NCBI GenBank assembly: GCA_045644485.1
Contig: JAZRGY010000083.1
Span: 10,313-74,312 of the forward strand
DNA: 64,000 nucleotides
DNA from: Candidatus Cryptobacteroides sp.
GTDB lineage: Bacteria; Bacteroidota; Bacteroidia; Bacteroidales; UBA932
Reading direction: 5' to 3'
The notes under the pieces are model-generated. The model was not told where the DNA came from. It did no database searches and was given only the letters and a program-made list of their open reading frames with translations. The position numbers and the translations under genes were made by a program. Of this stretch, positions 40,914-50,103 are shown piece after piece (the stretch's first letter is position 1; every line of letters starts with the position of its first letter).

Positions 40914-42284
40914 TCAGGACCTGTCTTTCATCTTCTTCCAGTTAAGTACCGGAAGGATGAAGGAAATCAGGGCAGCAACAAGCCAGAACCAGGAAACAGG
41001 ACCGAAATCATACACATCGACACCATCTACCTTAGTCGTATTGAACTGTATCAGGTAACCGCTGGTTATATCCTGAAGACCGGCCGCTATGTAACTTGAG
41101 ATTCCCACCACTCCAAGGGCCGCACCTGTTGCCTTTCTTGGCACAATGTCTATAGCCATCAGGCCGGCCACTATGCAGTAGAGGACACCTATCGCAAGGC
41201 TGAACACCGACACATACAGGACATTCATCATATACCCGGAATCGGTAAAAAGGAAGAGGGCCAGAGAAACGAAACTCAGCATGCCGGCAAGTATGGCAGG
41301 CTTCACCCTGTCGCTTTTGAATACTTTGTCGGAAAGCCATCCCGCAAGCACAGTACCTACCATGCCGGAAGCGGCATAAAAGCCTATGATCTGCGTAGCC
41401 TCCTCTATCGGGAAACATTTTTCCTTCTGCAGAAAGAGGACGCCCCAGCCTGTAATCGCATATTTGGTGATGTAAATGAATGCACTCGACAACGCTATCA
41501 CCCATATTCCAGGATGTCTCAGCACATATTTCTGAAGGTCTCTCGTAGGCAGGGTGTCATGCCTGGTGACTTCCTCTCCTGAGAGTTTCTGCACAGAAGG
41601 AAGTCCCTTGCTTTCAGGTGTATCCGACACCAGCCACAAAACAATGAGGGAACCGGCAAGACCGGCTATGGAAGCAACGATGAACCCGGCTTTCCATCCT
41701 ATGGCACCAACGATAAGTCCAGTTATGATGAATGAAAGGAACTCCCCTATATAAGGAGTTGAACTGAATATGCTGTAGTAAGTGCCTCGCTTCGATTTAG
41801 GAAACCACCTGGACAGGCATATGACTCCGGGAGGAGATCCCATGGACTGCATCCATCCGTTGATTCCCCATAATATTGCAAAAGAAAAGAAGATTACAGC
41901 AGTAGATTGGGTGACTGTATCATTGACTATTCCAAGCACACCTAAAAGAAGGTTGATAAGGGCGGAAAAGAACAGTCCCACAGCCATGAAACGCTTGATA
42001 TTGCAGTAATCCGCTATGAATCCGTTCATGAACTTTCCTACCGCATATACAAAAAGAAGGGCAGAACCGATGACACCTAACTCTCCAGCGGAAAGAACTC
42101 CCTCATCGATAAGAGGCTGTTTCACGACACTAAGGCTCATCCTGCACACATAATAGAGGCTATATGCGACCGTAACCCCCCAGAATGTCCTGTTCCTCAG
42201 CAGTCTGTAAGTACTGTCCGCCTTTTCCGGAGCCACCTGCTCCGCCGACGGCTTGCTTATCCTGAAAAATGAATATACACCCAT
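40914..42284 (-). CDS. MFS organophosphate:phosphate antiporter family (GlpT/UhpC-like)
   Basis: YSLYYVCR, GKFMNGFIAD, NGWMQSMG, WFPKSKRG, DTPESKGLP and AIDIVPRKATGAA. Confidence 0.88.
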   Translation of the reverse strand: MGVYSFFRISKPSAEQVAPEKADSTYRLLRNRTFWGVTVAYSLYYVCRMSLSVVKQPLIDEGVLSAGELGVIGSALLFVYAVGKFMNGFIADYCNIKRFMAVGLFFSALINLLLGVLGIVNDTVTQSTAVIFFSFAILWGINGWMQSMGSPPGVICLSRWFPKSKRGTYYSIFSSTPYIGEFLSFIITGLIVGAIGWKAGFIVASIAGLAGSLIVLWLVSDTPESKGLPSVQKLSGEEVTRHDTLPTRDLQKYVLRHPGIWVIALSSAFIYITKYAITGWGVLFLQKEKCFPIEEATQIIGFYAASGMVGTVLAGWLSDKVFKSDRVKPAILAGMLSFVSLALFLFTDSGYMMNVLYVSVFSLAIGVLYCIVAGLMAIDIVPRKATGAALGVVGISSYIAAGLQDITSGYLIQFNTTKVDGVDVYDFGPVSWFWLVAALISFILPVLNWKKMKDRS

Positions 42285-42303
42285 GGCTTTGCTTTAAGAC
42301 ATG

Positions 42304-42311
42304 CAAAGATA
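42304..42311 (-). promoter_or_regulatory. -7 element (TATCTTTG) for the GlpT-like gene
   Basis: Exact TAnnTTTG 19 nt upstream of ATG. Confidence 0.6.
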
Positions 42312-42314
42312 TAA

Positions 42315-43682
42315 TTAATCTATGGAAATCAGCACATCCTTACTGTAGCGGACCGACAGATAGATGGTACGCGCAAGAAGATGGGCAAAATATGCCCCCA
42401 TAAGGACATGCATGGAGACAGAAGGCGACAGGTCCGGGAAGGCCAGTCCCGCAGCCCAGACGGCAAAGAATCCGACCACAGCCCATAGCATCGAGTTTCT
42501 GATAGCCTTAGAGGCTGTCGCACCGATATATATGCCATCCCATGTAAAGGCTGCACAACCTATCACAGGCATCAGGAGAAGCCAAGGAAGATATCCCTTA
42601 GCGGCAGCCACTACCGTAAGGTCAGAAGTCATCATCTTGAGCATAGGCACACCCGCAAAATGATATATAGCCATGAATATCACTGCAATGCTCATACTCC
42701 ACACAAACGTCCATCTTACAGTCTGACGGACCATCTTTCCATCTTTCGCACCGATATGCTTTCCAGTAAGAGCCTCACCTGCATATGCAAATCCGTCCGT
42801 GAAATACGAGAATATCATCAGGAGTTTCATCATTATCGAACTGACCGCCAGAAGCACATCTCCGTACCGCGCAGAGATGACAGTAAAGCCTATATATATT
42901 GCAATGAAACATAATGACCGGACAAAAAGGTCGGCATTCATGACGAAAAAGCGCCTGGTCTCACTACCTTTGAACACATACTTAAGGTCGCCTTTCCCCA
43001 TGTATGAGAAAGTGCTTCCTATATACTTGAAGACAAGGATTCCGAGAGCCGTCAGAAAACCGGAATATTGTGCAGCGACGGTTCCGGCAGCGATTCCTGA
43101 GAATCCCATCCCCTCGAAGTGCCATCCTCCCACATTTATTCCCAAGGCAAGGACAATGCTCATCAGCACATTCATTCCGTTCACAACAAGATCCACCACC
43201 ATGGCACTGACACTGTCCTGCATACCGATGAACCATCCTTTGAAGGCCATAAGACTCAATGTCGCAGGAGCAGCCCATATGCGTATGAAGAAATATTCCG
43301 ATGCAAGTTCCCTGACCTGAGGAGTACAGTCCACAACAAGAAAGGCCGTTTTTACAAAAATCCATTGTATCGCTATCAGGAGCAAGGCACAGGCCAATGC
43401 AATCCCTGTAGCGCGGGTCAGTATCTTCGCACATTCCTTGCGGTCTCCTCTTCCATATGCCTGGGCAGCAAGTCCTCCTGTACCGACACGAAGAAAGCCG
43501 AAGTTCCAGTACAGCAGATCGAAAAGCATCGTGCCTATCGCAATGCCGCCGATCATTACTGCCGCACTCGTATCCAGATGGCCGGCGACACCTATGTCCA
43601 CCATTCCTACAAGCGGCACGGTTATATTGGCCAGAATGCTCGGTATGGCCAGTTTGAATATATCCTTGTTGATTTGCTTCAT
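42315..43682 (-). CDS. dinF: MATE family efflux protein, DinF-like
   Basis: LAIPSILANITVPLVGMVD, FGFLRVGTGGLAAQAYG and DGFAYAGEAL. Confidence 0.87.
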   Translation of the reverse strand: MKQINKDIFKLAIPSILANITVPLVGMVDIGVAGHLDTSAAVMIGGIAIGTMLFDLLYWNFGFLRVGTGGLAAQAYGRGDRKECAKILTRATGIALACALLLIAIQWIFVKTAFLVVDCTPQVRELASEYFFIRIWAAPATLSLMAFKGWFIGMQDSVSAMVVDLVVNGMNVLMSIVLALGINVGGWHFEGMGFSGIAAGTVAAQYSGFLTALGILVFKYIGSTFSYMGKGDLKYVFKGSETRRFFVMNADLFVRSLCFIAIYIGFTVISARYGDVLLAVSSIMMKLLMIFSYFTDGFAYAGEALTGKHIGAKDGKMVRQTVRWTFVWSMSIAVIFMAIYHFAGVPMLKMMTSDLTVVAAAKGYLPWLLLMPVIGCAAFTWDGIYIGATASKAIRNSMLWAVVGFFAVWAAGLAFPDLSPSVSMHVLMGAYFAHLLARTIYLSVRYSKDVLISID

Positions 43683-43691
43683 CTTTCTCTC

Positions 43692-44663
43692 CTACCTGTA
43701 CTTCCCCTCTTCGTCCAGCATACCCAAGTAAGAAGAGTATCGGTCATAACTTATTTCCCCAGCCTCCACAGCATCCTTGACAGCACAACCGGGTTCATGA
43801 GTATGAGTGCATGGTGCAAAACGGCAGTTCTCGGACACCTTGAGCATCTCAGGGAAATAAAGGGCGATTTCCTCTTTCTTCAGATCCACCAGTCCGAAAC
43901 CTCGAAGACCCGGTGTATCGACAATGAATCCACCTGAGGCAAGACTGTACATCTCATAGAATGTAGTGGTATGCTTTCCCTGAAGATGGACGTCAGAGAT
44001 TTCCCCGACGCGAGGATCAAGAGATGGGTCAAGTGCCTTGATGAGAGATGACTTGCCCACACCGGAAACTCCCGAAAACAAAGACACATGTCCCTTACAT
44101 GCCTCTCTGAGAGCCTCTATACCCTCACCGGTCAGAGCAGAGACCTCCATGACGGGATAGCCAGCACCCTCATATATTTCATGGAAGGCTTCCAGCATCT
44201 CCCTGTGGGACTCCCTGTACAGGTCGACTTTGTTGAGCACGATCGTGACAGGGACATTGTACACCTCGCAGGTCACAAGTATACGGTCCAGGAAAGGAAG
44301 TTTTATTTCAGGATAATCTATAGTCGCTATGATGAAGGCCCTGTCCAGATTGGCTGCGATTATATGGGACTGCCGCGACAGGTTTGTGGATTTGCGGATT
44401 ATGTAATTCCTTCTTGGATTTACAGAAGTGATGGCGGCAGGGTTTTCCAAGGTGACGTTTCCGATGATATCGGCTCCTTCGGGAACTTCGGCCTCGAAAG
44501 CAACCACATCTCCCACTGCCACTGGATTTGTTGCAGAAGACCCCTTAAGGCGGATCTTTCCCCTTAGGACCGCAGGAAACAGTTCCCATTCAGGAAGCCG
44601 GGACAGCAGATAATGACTTCCCGTATGCTTGACTACAGTTGCTTCACCTTTCATAATCTTCAT
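43692..44663 (-). CDS. rsgA: ribosome small subunit-dependent GTPase A
   Basis: NKVD, GVSGVGKSS, GKHTTT, DTPG and CRFAPCTHTHEPGC Zn finger. Confidence 0.96.
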   Translation of the reverse strand: MKIMKGEATVVKHTGSHYLLSRLPEWELFPAVLRGKIRLKGSSATNPVAVGDVVAFEAEVPEGADIIGNVTLENPAAITSVNPRRNYIIRKSTNLSRQSHIIAANLDRAFIIATIDYPEIKLPFLDRILVTCEVYNVPVTIVLNKVDLYRESHREMLEAFHEIYEGAGYPVMEVSALTGEGIEALREACKGHVSLFSGVSGVGKSSLIKALDPSLDPRVGEISDVHLQGKHTTTFYEMYSLASGGFIVDTPGLRGFGLVDLKKEEIALYFPEMLKVSENCRFAPCTHTHEPGCAVKDAVEAGEISYDRYSSYLGMLDEEGKYR

Positions 44664-44724
44664 AATTCAAGTGCATGTACAGCACTTTTCCATAAGCGTG
44701 GGTATATAAACAATATCGAGGGTA

Positions 44725-44753
44725 CAAAGATAATGAAATATTCATTACCTTTG
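44725..44753. promoter_or_regulatory. back-to-back divergent -7 elements
   Basis: CAAAGATA-N13-TACCTTTG. Confidence 0.65.
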
Positions 44754-44781
44754 TGGGATATCGTCAAGCACTTATTTCATT

Positions 44782-45759
44782 ATGATACAGGAAAAGCATA
44801 TCGAAGCCACTCTCAAGGGAATGTTCGCAAACCTGAAGTTCACCCAGGAACCATCAGGACTTTACGACCCTCTGAGATACATGATTGAGATCGGCGGGAA
44901 AAGGATACGCCCAAGGCTCTGCCTGACCGCCTATGCCCTTTACAAGGATTCCTTCTCGGAAGAGATTCTTTCTCCGGCAGCAGCAGTCGAGGTTTTTCAC
45001 AGTTTCACACTCATCCATGACGATATAATGGACAAGGCAGATGTACGCCGCGGAGTGCCTACCGTATACAGGAAATGGGATGAGAACACTGCTATTCTCT
45101 CAGGAGATGTAATGTCAATAGAAAGTTACAAAATGGTCGCAAAGGCTCCCGCTTCCGTTCTTCCCGCTGTTCTGGCATTGTTCTCTGACACAGCGGCACA
45201 GGTATGCGAAGGTCAGCAGTACGACATGGACTTCGAGAACCTTTCTCAAGTTCCGATGGAGGATTATCTCAAGATGATCGGACTGAAGACCGCTGTGCTC
45301 ATTGCATGTTCTGCCAAGATGGGAGCCCTGATTGCCGGTGCATCCGCAGAAGACGCAGATCTGCTTTATAAGTTCGGATATGACCTTGGACTGGCATTCC
45401 AGATCGCTGACGACTGGTTGGATACCTACGGAGATCCGGCAGTATTCGGAAAGGCTATCGGAGGAGACATCGTCAACAACAAGAAGAGTTGGCTTCTTAC
45501 CAGAGCCCTCGAAAAGGACGGAACAGAAAGACTCGCAGATGCGATGACAATGCCAGTATCCACAGACACCGAAAAAGAAGCCAAGATTGCAAGAGTGAAG
45601 GCCATATATGACGAACTCGAGGTCGGAAACGAGGCAACGCATGAAATCCAGAGGCTTCATGCCCAGGCGATGGAATATGTCGAGAGACTCAATCTCGGAA
45701 AATTCAAGGCTGAAATGCTGCACCGTTATGCAGACATGTTATTAGGACGTAGAAAATGA
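44782..45759 (+). CDS. ispA: short-chain polyprenyl (FPP/GGPP) diphosphate synthase
   Basis: GGKRIRP, FTLIHDDIMD..RRG, GQQYD and FQIADDWLD. Confidence 0.85.
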   Translation: MIQEKHIEATLKGMFANLKFTQEPSGLYDPLRYMIEIGGKRIRPRLCLTAYALYKDSFSEEILSPAAAVEVFHSFTLIHDDIMDKADVRRGVPTVYRKWDENTAILSGDVMSIESYKMVAKAPASVLPAVLALFSDTAAQVCEGQQYDMDFENLSQVPMEDYLKMIGLKTAVLIACSAKMGALIAGASAEDADLLYKFGYDLGLAFQIADDWLDTYGDPAVFGKAIGGDIVNNKKSWLLTRALEKDGTERLADAMTMPVSTDTEKEAKIARVKAIYDELEVGNEATHEIQRLHAQAMEYVERLNLGKFKAEMLHRYADMLLGRRK

Positions 45760-47087
45760 TGGAACACAAAAAATTAGAGATAATGGCTCCGGCGGGCAAC
45801 TTTGAATGCCTGCATGCCGCCATACAAGGAGGTGCCAACTCCGTTTATTTCGGAGTCGAGAAACTTAACATGCGTTCGCACTCGGCGAACAACTTCAAGA
45901 TGACAGATCTTGCGGAAATCGTCCGCATCTGCTCTGAATATGATGTAAAGACTTATCTCACACTGAACATAGCACTCTTCGGGGAAGACCTCGAAGACAT
46001 GAAGCGCACCCTTGATGCTGCTAAAGCGGCGGGTATAACTGCCGTTATAGCATCAGACATGGCAGCGATCATCTATGCCAGACAGATAGGCGTCGAGGTA
46101 CATATCTCGACCCAACTCAGCATCTCAAATGCCGAGGCATTGAGATTCTACGCACAGTTCGCAGATGTCATAGTACTCGCACGCGAACTCAATCTCGGAC
46201 AGGTCAAGGAAATCAAGGCAATAATCGACCGTGATCAGATCTGCGGTCCTTCAGGACGCCTTGTCGAGATAGAGATGTTTGCCCACGGAGCCCTCTGCAT
46301 GGCTATTTCAGGCAAATGCTACCTCAGTCTCCACGAGTACGGAGCCTCGGCCAACAGAGGCTCATGCTACCAGTTGTGCCGCCGCGCATACAAGGTACAG
46401 GACCGCGAAACAGGAATGGAACTTGAAATCGACAACAAGTACATAATGTCGCCGAAAGACCTTTGCACCATAGAGTTCATGGACAAGATCATCGACGCAG
46501 GTGTGACTGTATTCAAGATAGAAGGCCGTGCACGTTCGGCTGAATACGTAAAGAGAGTTGCCTCATGCTATCGCCGTGCAGCAGATGCTGTCTGCGACGG
46601 AACATACACTCCGGAACTCGGAACATCATTCAAGAAGGAACTGGAAGAAGTGTTCAACAGAGGGTTCTGGGACGGATACTATCAGGGTGCACGTCTTGGA
46701 GAATGGTGCGACGTCTACGGCAGCACATCGACAAGAAAGAAAGTATACTGCGGAAAGATCACCAACTGGTTCGGCAAACTTGGGGTAGCAGAGATTCTCG
46801 TGGAATCCTACTCGCTCAACGTCGGTGACAAGATCCTGATAATAGGACCTACTTCAGGATGTGTAGAATACACGGTTCCTGAAATCAGGGTCGACCTCAA
46901 ACCTGTCGAGGAAGCGTCAAAAGGCACATATTGTTCAATCCCCGTCGACTGGAGCAAAGTGGTGCCTGGCGCACGCGAAGAAGCCCTCAACCTCTGCGGT
47001 GACGGATGCAGCGAGCAGGCCTGCAAGGCCATCGAGGAGACCCGTCTGCGAAGATCAGATAAGGTATATATCTGGAAAGAAGAATAA
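45756..47087 (+). CDS. U32 family protein (TrhP/RlhA-type Fe-S RNA hydroxylation family)
   Basis: EIMAPAG, HISTQ, LAREL, HGALCMAISGKC, NRGSCYQLCRR, SPKDL and KIEGR. Confidence 0.88.
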   Translation: MMEHKKLEIMAPAGNFECLHAAIQGGANSVYFGVEKLNMRSHSANNFKMTDLAEIVRICSEYDVKTYLTLNIALFGEDLEDMKRTLDAAKAAGITAVIASDMAAIIYARQIGVEVHISTQLSISNAEALRFYAQFADVIVLARELNLGQVKEIKAIIDRDQICGPSGRLVEIEMFAHGALCMAISGKCYLSLHEYGASANRGSCYQLCRRAYKVQDRETGMELEIDNKYIMSPKDLCTIEFMDKIIDAGVTVFKIEGRARSAEYVKRVASCYRRAADAVCDGTYTPELGTSFKKELEEVFNRGFWDGYYQGARLGEWCDVYGSTSTRKKVYCGKITNWFGKLGVAEILVESYSLNVGDKILIIGPTSGCVEYTVPEIRVDLKPVEEASKGTYCSIPVDWSKVVPGAREEALNLCGDGCSEQACKAIEETRLRRSDKVYIWKEE

Positions 47088-47088
47088 C

Positions 47089-47123
47089 AAAAGGCTCTTG
47101 CGTCAATTCGCGAGAGCCTTTTT
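47089..47123. terminator. bidirectional intrinsic terminator
   Basis: AAAAGGCTCTTGCG-N6-CGCGAGAGCCTTTTT between convergent genes, overlapping the end of the S41 peptidase gene. Confidence 0.75.
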
Positions 47124-48713
47124 CAACTGGTCGTCATATCTCAGACGCACCTTTATTCCTGCTTCCTGGAACCAATACCGGACTGCCAGTTCCTCCTCGA
47201 TGAAAGGAACGATCTCGTCCTTCTTCAGACGGATGAACCTTTCCTTATCCATCTCAAGAGCCTTGCCCATAGCCTCCAGTTCTGGAGCCATTGCATCAGC
47301 AAGTCCATCCCTCTCAAGTTCCTTCTTCATCTGGTCGTAAAGAGTCTTTGCGCTGCTTCTGTAGTCGAAGTCCTGAGTCTTGGCATATCTGATGAAGTCT
47401 TCGAAGTCTTCGTCAGTAAAATGGAAATCATCCACAGAAGGGATACTGTCATGCCTGCGGGCATAGTCGATGACATATTGGTCTATCACGCCTCCAAGAA
47501 CAAGGGAGTAGACCAGCCTGCTGTAATTCTGTACAGGGATATCCACGTCAGGAGTGATTCCACCTCCGTCACGCACTATCCTTCCTGATGCAGTCTTGAA
47601 CTCTTTTGTAAGAGAATCCGGAATATGGCCTACACTTCCGTCTTCATTACGGCTCGAATAGTCGATAGCCTGCACGCAACGTCCGCTCGGTGTGTAATAC
47701 TTGGCGGTCGTGACCTTTACCTGACCGTTATACGGCATAGGCAGAATGTTCTGTACAAGTCCTTTGCCATAACTACGCTTTCCCATTATCACAGCACGGT
47801 CAAGATCCTGGAATGCACCGGCGACGATTTCTGATGACGAAGCCGATCCGGAGTCTATCATCACAATTATAGGAATCTGCGTATCAACAGGTTCTGTCGA
47901 AGTACGATACTCACGATACGAATCCGGGGTATTCCCTTTCGAGGTGACCACCAAAGATCCCTTAGGGACAAAGAGGGAAAGAATGTTGACAGCCTCGCTC
48001 ATCAGGCCACCTCCGTTTCCTCGGAGGTCAAGCACAAGCCTCTTCATACCCTGCGCCTTCAGTTCATTGAACCTGGCACGGACTTCACCGGAAACATTGT
48101 CAGTGAATCCGCTCTGAAGGATATATCCTGTAGTGTCGTCAAGCATGCCTGCATATTCAACATCCGGCAGCCTGATTCTTTCTCTGACGATAGGAATATC
48201 CAGGGTGTCCCCTGTCCTGACTTTCTTTACCGTAAACACCACTGTAGTACCGGGCTTTCCCTTCATCCTGTCACTACTCTCCTTCGACTCCAGTCCTTTT
48301 GTAGGCACGCCGTCAATAGCAATGATCTCATCACCGCACACAAGTCCATACTTCTGTGCCGGAGATCCCGCATATGGCTCGTTGATTATGACATTATCTT
48401 CCTTCTTCTTGTGGATGATGGCACCGATACCGCCATAAGTCTTGGACATCAGCATCTGAAGATCTTCATTCTCCTCTTCCGGAATATAGACCGTATAAGG
48501 ATCCAGTTCCTCAAGCATGGCATCCACTCCGGCTCTCATGATTCTGTCGACAGGAAGGCTGTCGACATAAGAACGGTTAAGTTCCTTGATCAATGCATTA
48601 TGAATCTCAGCCCACTGTCCCAGTCTGAAACTCTGCGACTGTGCTGAAAGGGAATAAGATACAAGGGAGGTCGCAGCCAGGGCCACGAGCAGGGTTATAA
48701 TGTTTCGCTTCAT
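47103..48713 (-). CDS. S41A C-terminal processing peptidase (PDZ)
   Basis: LDPYT, GIGA PDZ motif, DLRGNGGG, SASSSEIVAG, GKG and TTAKYYTPSGR. Start set at the MKRNII signal peptide. Confidence 0.92.
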   Translation of the reverse strand: MKRNIITLLVALAATSLVSYSLSAQSQSFRLGQWAEIHNALIKELNRSYVDSLPVDRIMRAGVDAMLEELDPYTVYIPEEENEDLQMLMSKTYGGIGAIIHKKKEDNVIINEPYAGSPAQKYGLVCGDEIIAIDGVPTKGLESKESSDRMKGKPGTTVVFTVKKVRTGDTLDIPIVRERIRLPDVEYAGMLDDTTGYILQSGFTDNVSGEVRARFNELKAQGMKRLVLDLRGNGGGLMSEAVNILSLFVPKGSLVVTSKGNTPDSYREYRTSTEPVDTQIPIIVMIDSGSASSSEIVAGAFQDLDRAVIMGKRSYGKGLVQNILPMPYNGQVKVTTAKYYTPSGRCVQAIDYSSRNEDGSVGHIPDSLTKEFKTASGRIVRDGGGITPDVDIPVQNYSRLVYSLVLGGVIDQYVIDYARRHDSIPSVDDFHFTDEDFEDFIRYAKTQDFDYRSSAKTLYDQMKKELERDGLADAMAPELEAMGKALEMDKERFIRLKKDEIVPFIEEELAVRYWFQEAGIKVRLRYDDQLKKALAN

Positions 48714-48759
48714 ACTCGGTTTGAAATTTGCTGGCATCTGCCACGCATAATATATGCCA

Positions 48760-48788
48760 CAAAAATACGAAAATAATTTATACCTTTG
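48760..48788. promoter_or_regulatory. back-to-back divergent -7 elements
   Basis: CAAAAATA-N13-TACCTTTG. Confidence 0.65.
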
Positions 48789-48821
48789 CAGTGATTTTTA
48801 ACAGTAAGATAAGGCAGTTTT

Positions 48822-49454
48822 ATGAAATTGACATTTGCAACGGGCAACAGCGGCAAACTGCGTGAGGCATCAGAAATTCTTGGCGAGGGCTTTGTGCTCG
48901 TTTCTCTCGCACAAGCAGGCATCACCGAAGATATACCGGAAACAGGCAATACATTGAGAGCCAATTCAGTACAAAAGGCTCAATATCTATACGACAGACT
49001 CGGATGCGACTGTTTTGCAGACGATACAGGACTTGAGGTAGACGCCCTTGGCGGTGCACCCGGAGTATATACTGCAAGATACGCAGGAGACGACAAGGAC
49101 TTCAACAGGAATATGGACAAGGTCCTTTACGAACTCCAGAGACTCGAAGGAGAAGCCAATATGGCCGCATCGCTTGGACTCAATATAAAGAAGGTCTCCA
49201 GAAGAGCAAGATTCAAGAGCGTGGTCACACTTATAATCAATGGGGAGAAACATCTGTTCGAAGGCACCCTGGAAGGAACAATAGCACGCGAGAAGTCCGG
49301 AAACGGAGGATTCGGATACGATCCGATCTTCATTGCGGACGAATATCCGGGCCTTACCCTCGCCGACATCACGGAAGAACAGAAAAACGAGATTTCCCAC
49401 AGAGGCAAGGCTCTAAGAGCCATGGCAGAATGGTTAAAGTCACAGAACTCATAG
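48822..49454 (+). CDS. rdgB: non-canonical purine NTP pyrophosphatase (HAM1)
   Basis: ATGNSGK, ADDTGL, GAPGVYTARY, GFGYDPIF and KNEISHRGKA. Confidence 0.95.
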   Translation: MKLTFATGNSGKLREASEILGEGFVLVSLAQAGITEDIPETGNTLRANSVQKAQYLYDRLGCDCFADDTGLEVDALGGAPGVYTARYAGDDKDFNRNMDKVLYELQRLEGEANMAASLGLNIKKVSRRARFKSVVTLIINGEKHLFEGTLEGTIAREKSGNGGFGYDPIFIADEYPGLTLADITEEQKNEISHRGKALRAMAEWLKSQNS

Positions 49455-50083
49455 TACTCCACACCACAAAGTTCGGTGAAAATTCTCTTGTCGTCCACTC
49501 CTTGAGCAAGGAATACGGACGACGGGGATTTCTTGTCCGCGGTATAGGAAAGAAATCCGTAATGTCCCTTTTTCAGCCCCTTTCCGTCCTGGAGGCAGAC
49601 ATAATCGAATCCTCCAAGTCCAGCCTTTACACTGCCCGCAACCTTTCCCTCAAGCATCATCTTTCCGGCATCCGGGAAAATATGTTCAAGAACTCCATGA
49701 CCATGTTCATGAGCGAGGTCATCTACAGGAGCGTCAAGGATGGAGCCAATGAAGACGGGCTTTATGAATGGTGCGAGAAGAACATACTTCTGCTTGATTC
49801 GATACAGAGCGATTTCAGCAACTTCCACATCCGTTTCCTTCTCGAGTTCGCCATAGCCTTGGGATTCAGTCCTGAGTCAGAAAACCTCATCCCCTTTGCC
49901 GGAGTCCACTATCCCGTCATAGAAAGATTCATGAAGGAATCTTTTGCAGAATCCATGCTCATACCCCTTTCCGGAGCGGTCAGGAATGAGATCGCAGAGA
50001 ATATCCTACGTTATATCGAGTTCCACACAGAATCCTCCCTCAACATAAACTCCCTTAAAGTACTAAGGGAACTTTTTGCATAA
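49430..50083 (+). CDS. recO: DNA repair protein RecO
   Basis: IVLHTTKFGENSLVV, FQPLS, LGFSP and INSLKVLRELF, typical of Bacteroidetes RecO. Confidence 0.85.
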   Translation: MVKVTELIVLHTTKFGENSLVVHSLSKEYGRRGFLVRGIGKKSVMSLFQPLSVLEADIIESSKSSLYTARNLSLKHHLSGIRENMFKNSMTMFMSEVIYRSVKDGANEDGLYEWCEKNILLLDSIQSDFSNFHIRFLLEFAIALGFSPESENLIPFAGVHYPVIERFMKESFAESMLIPLSGAVRNEIAENILRYIEFHTESSLNINSLKVLRELFA

Positions 50084-50088
50084 TTTCA

Positions 50089-50096
50089 TATCTTTG
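50089..50096 (+). promoter_or_regulatory. -7 element (TATCTTTG)
   Basis: TAnnTTTG 7 nt before ATG 50104. Confidence 0.6.
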
Positions 50097-50103
50097 CACA
50101 CAT

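Noticed and set aside
49430-49454. 25-nt rdgB/recO overlap and several terminator-less convergent junctions (5587/5591, 40912/40914, 55198/55201, 61639/61642)
   Set aside because: Ordinary features of a compact genome, with no frameshift or recoding signal evident.
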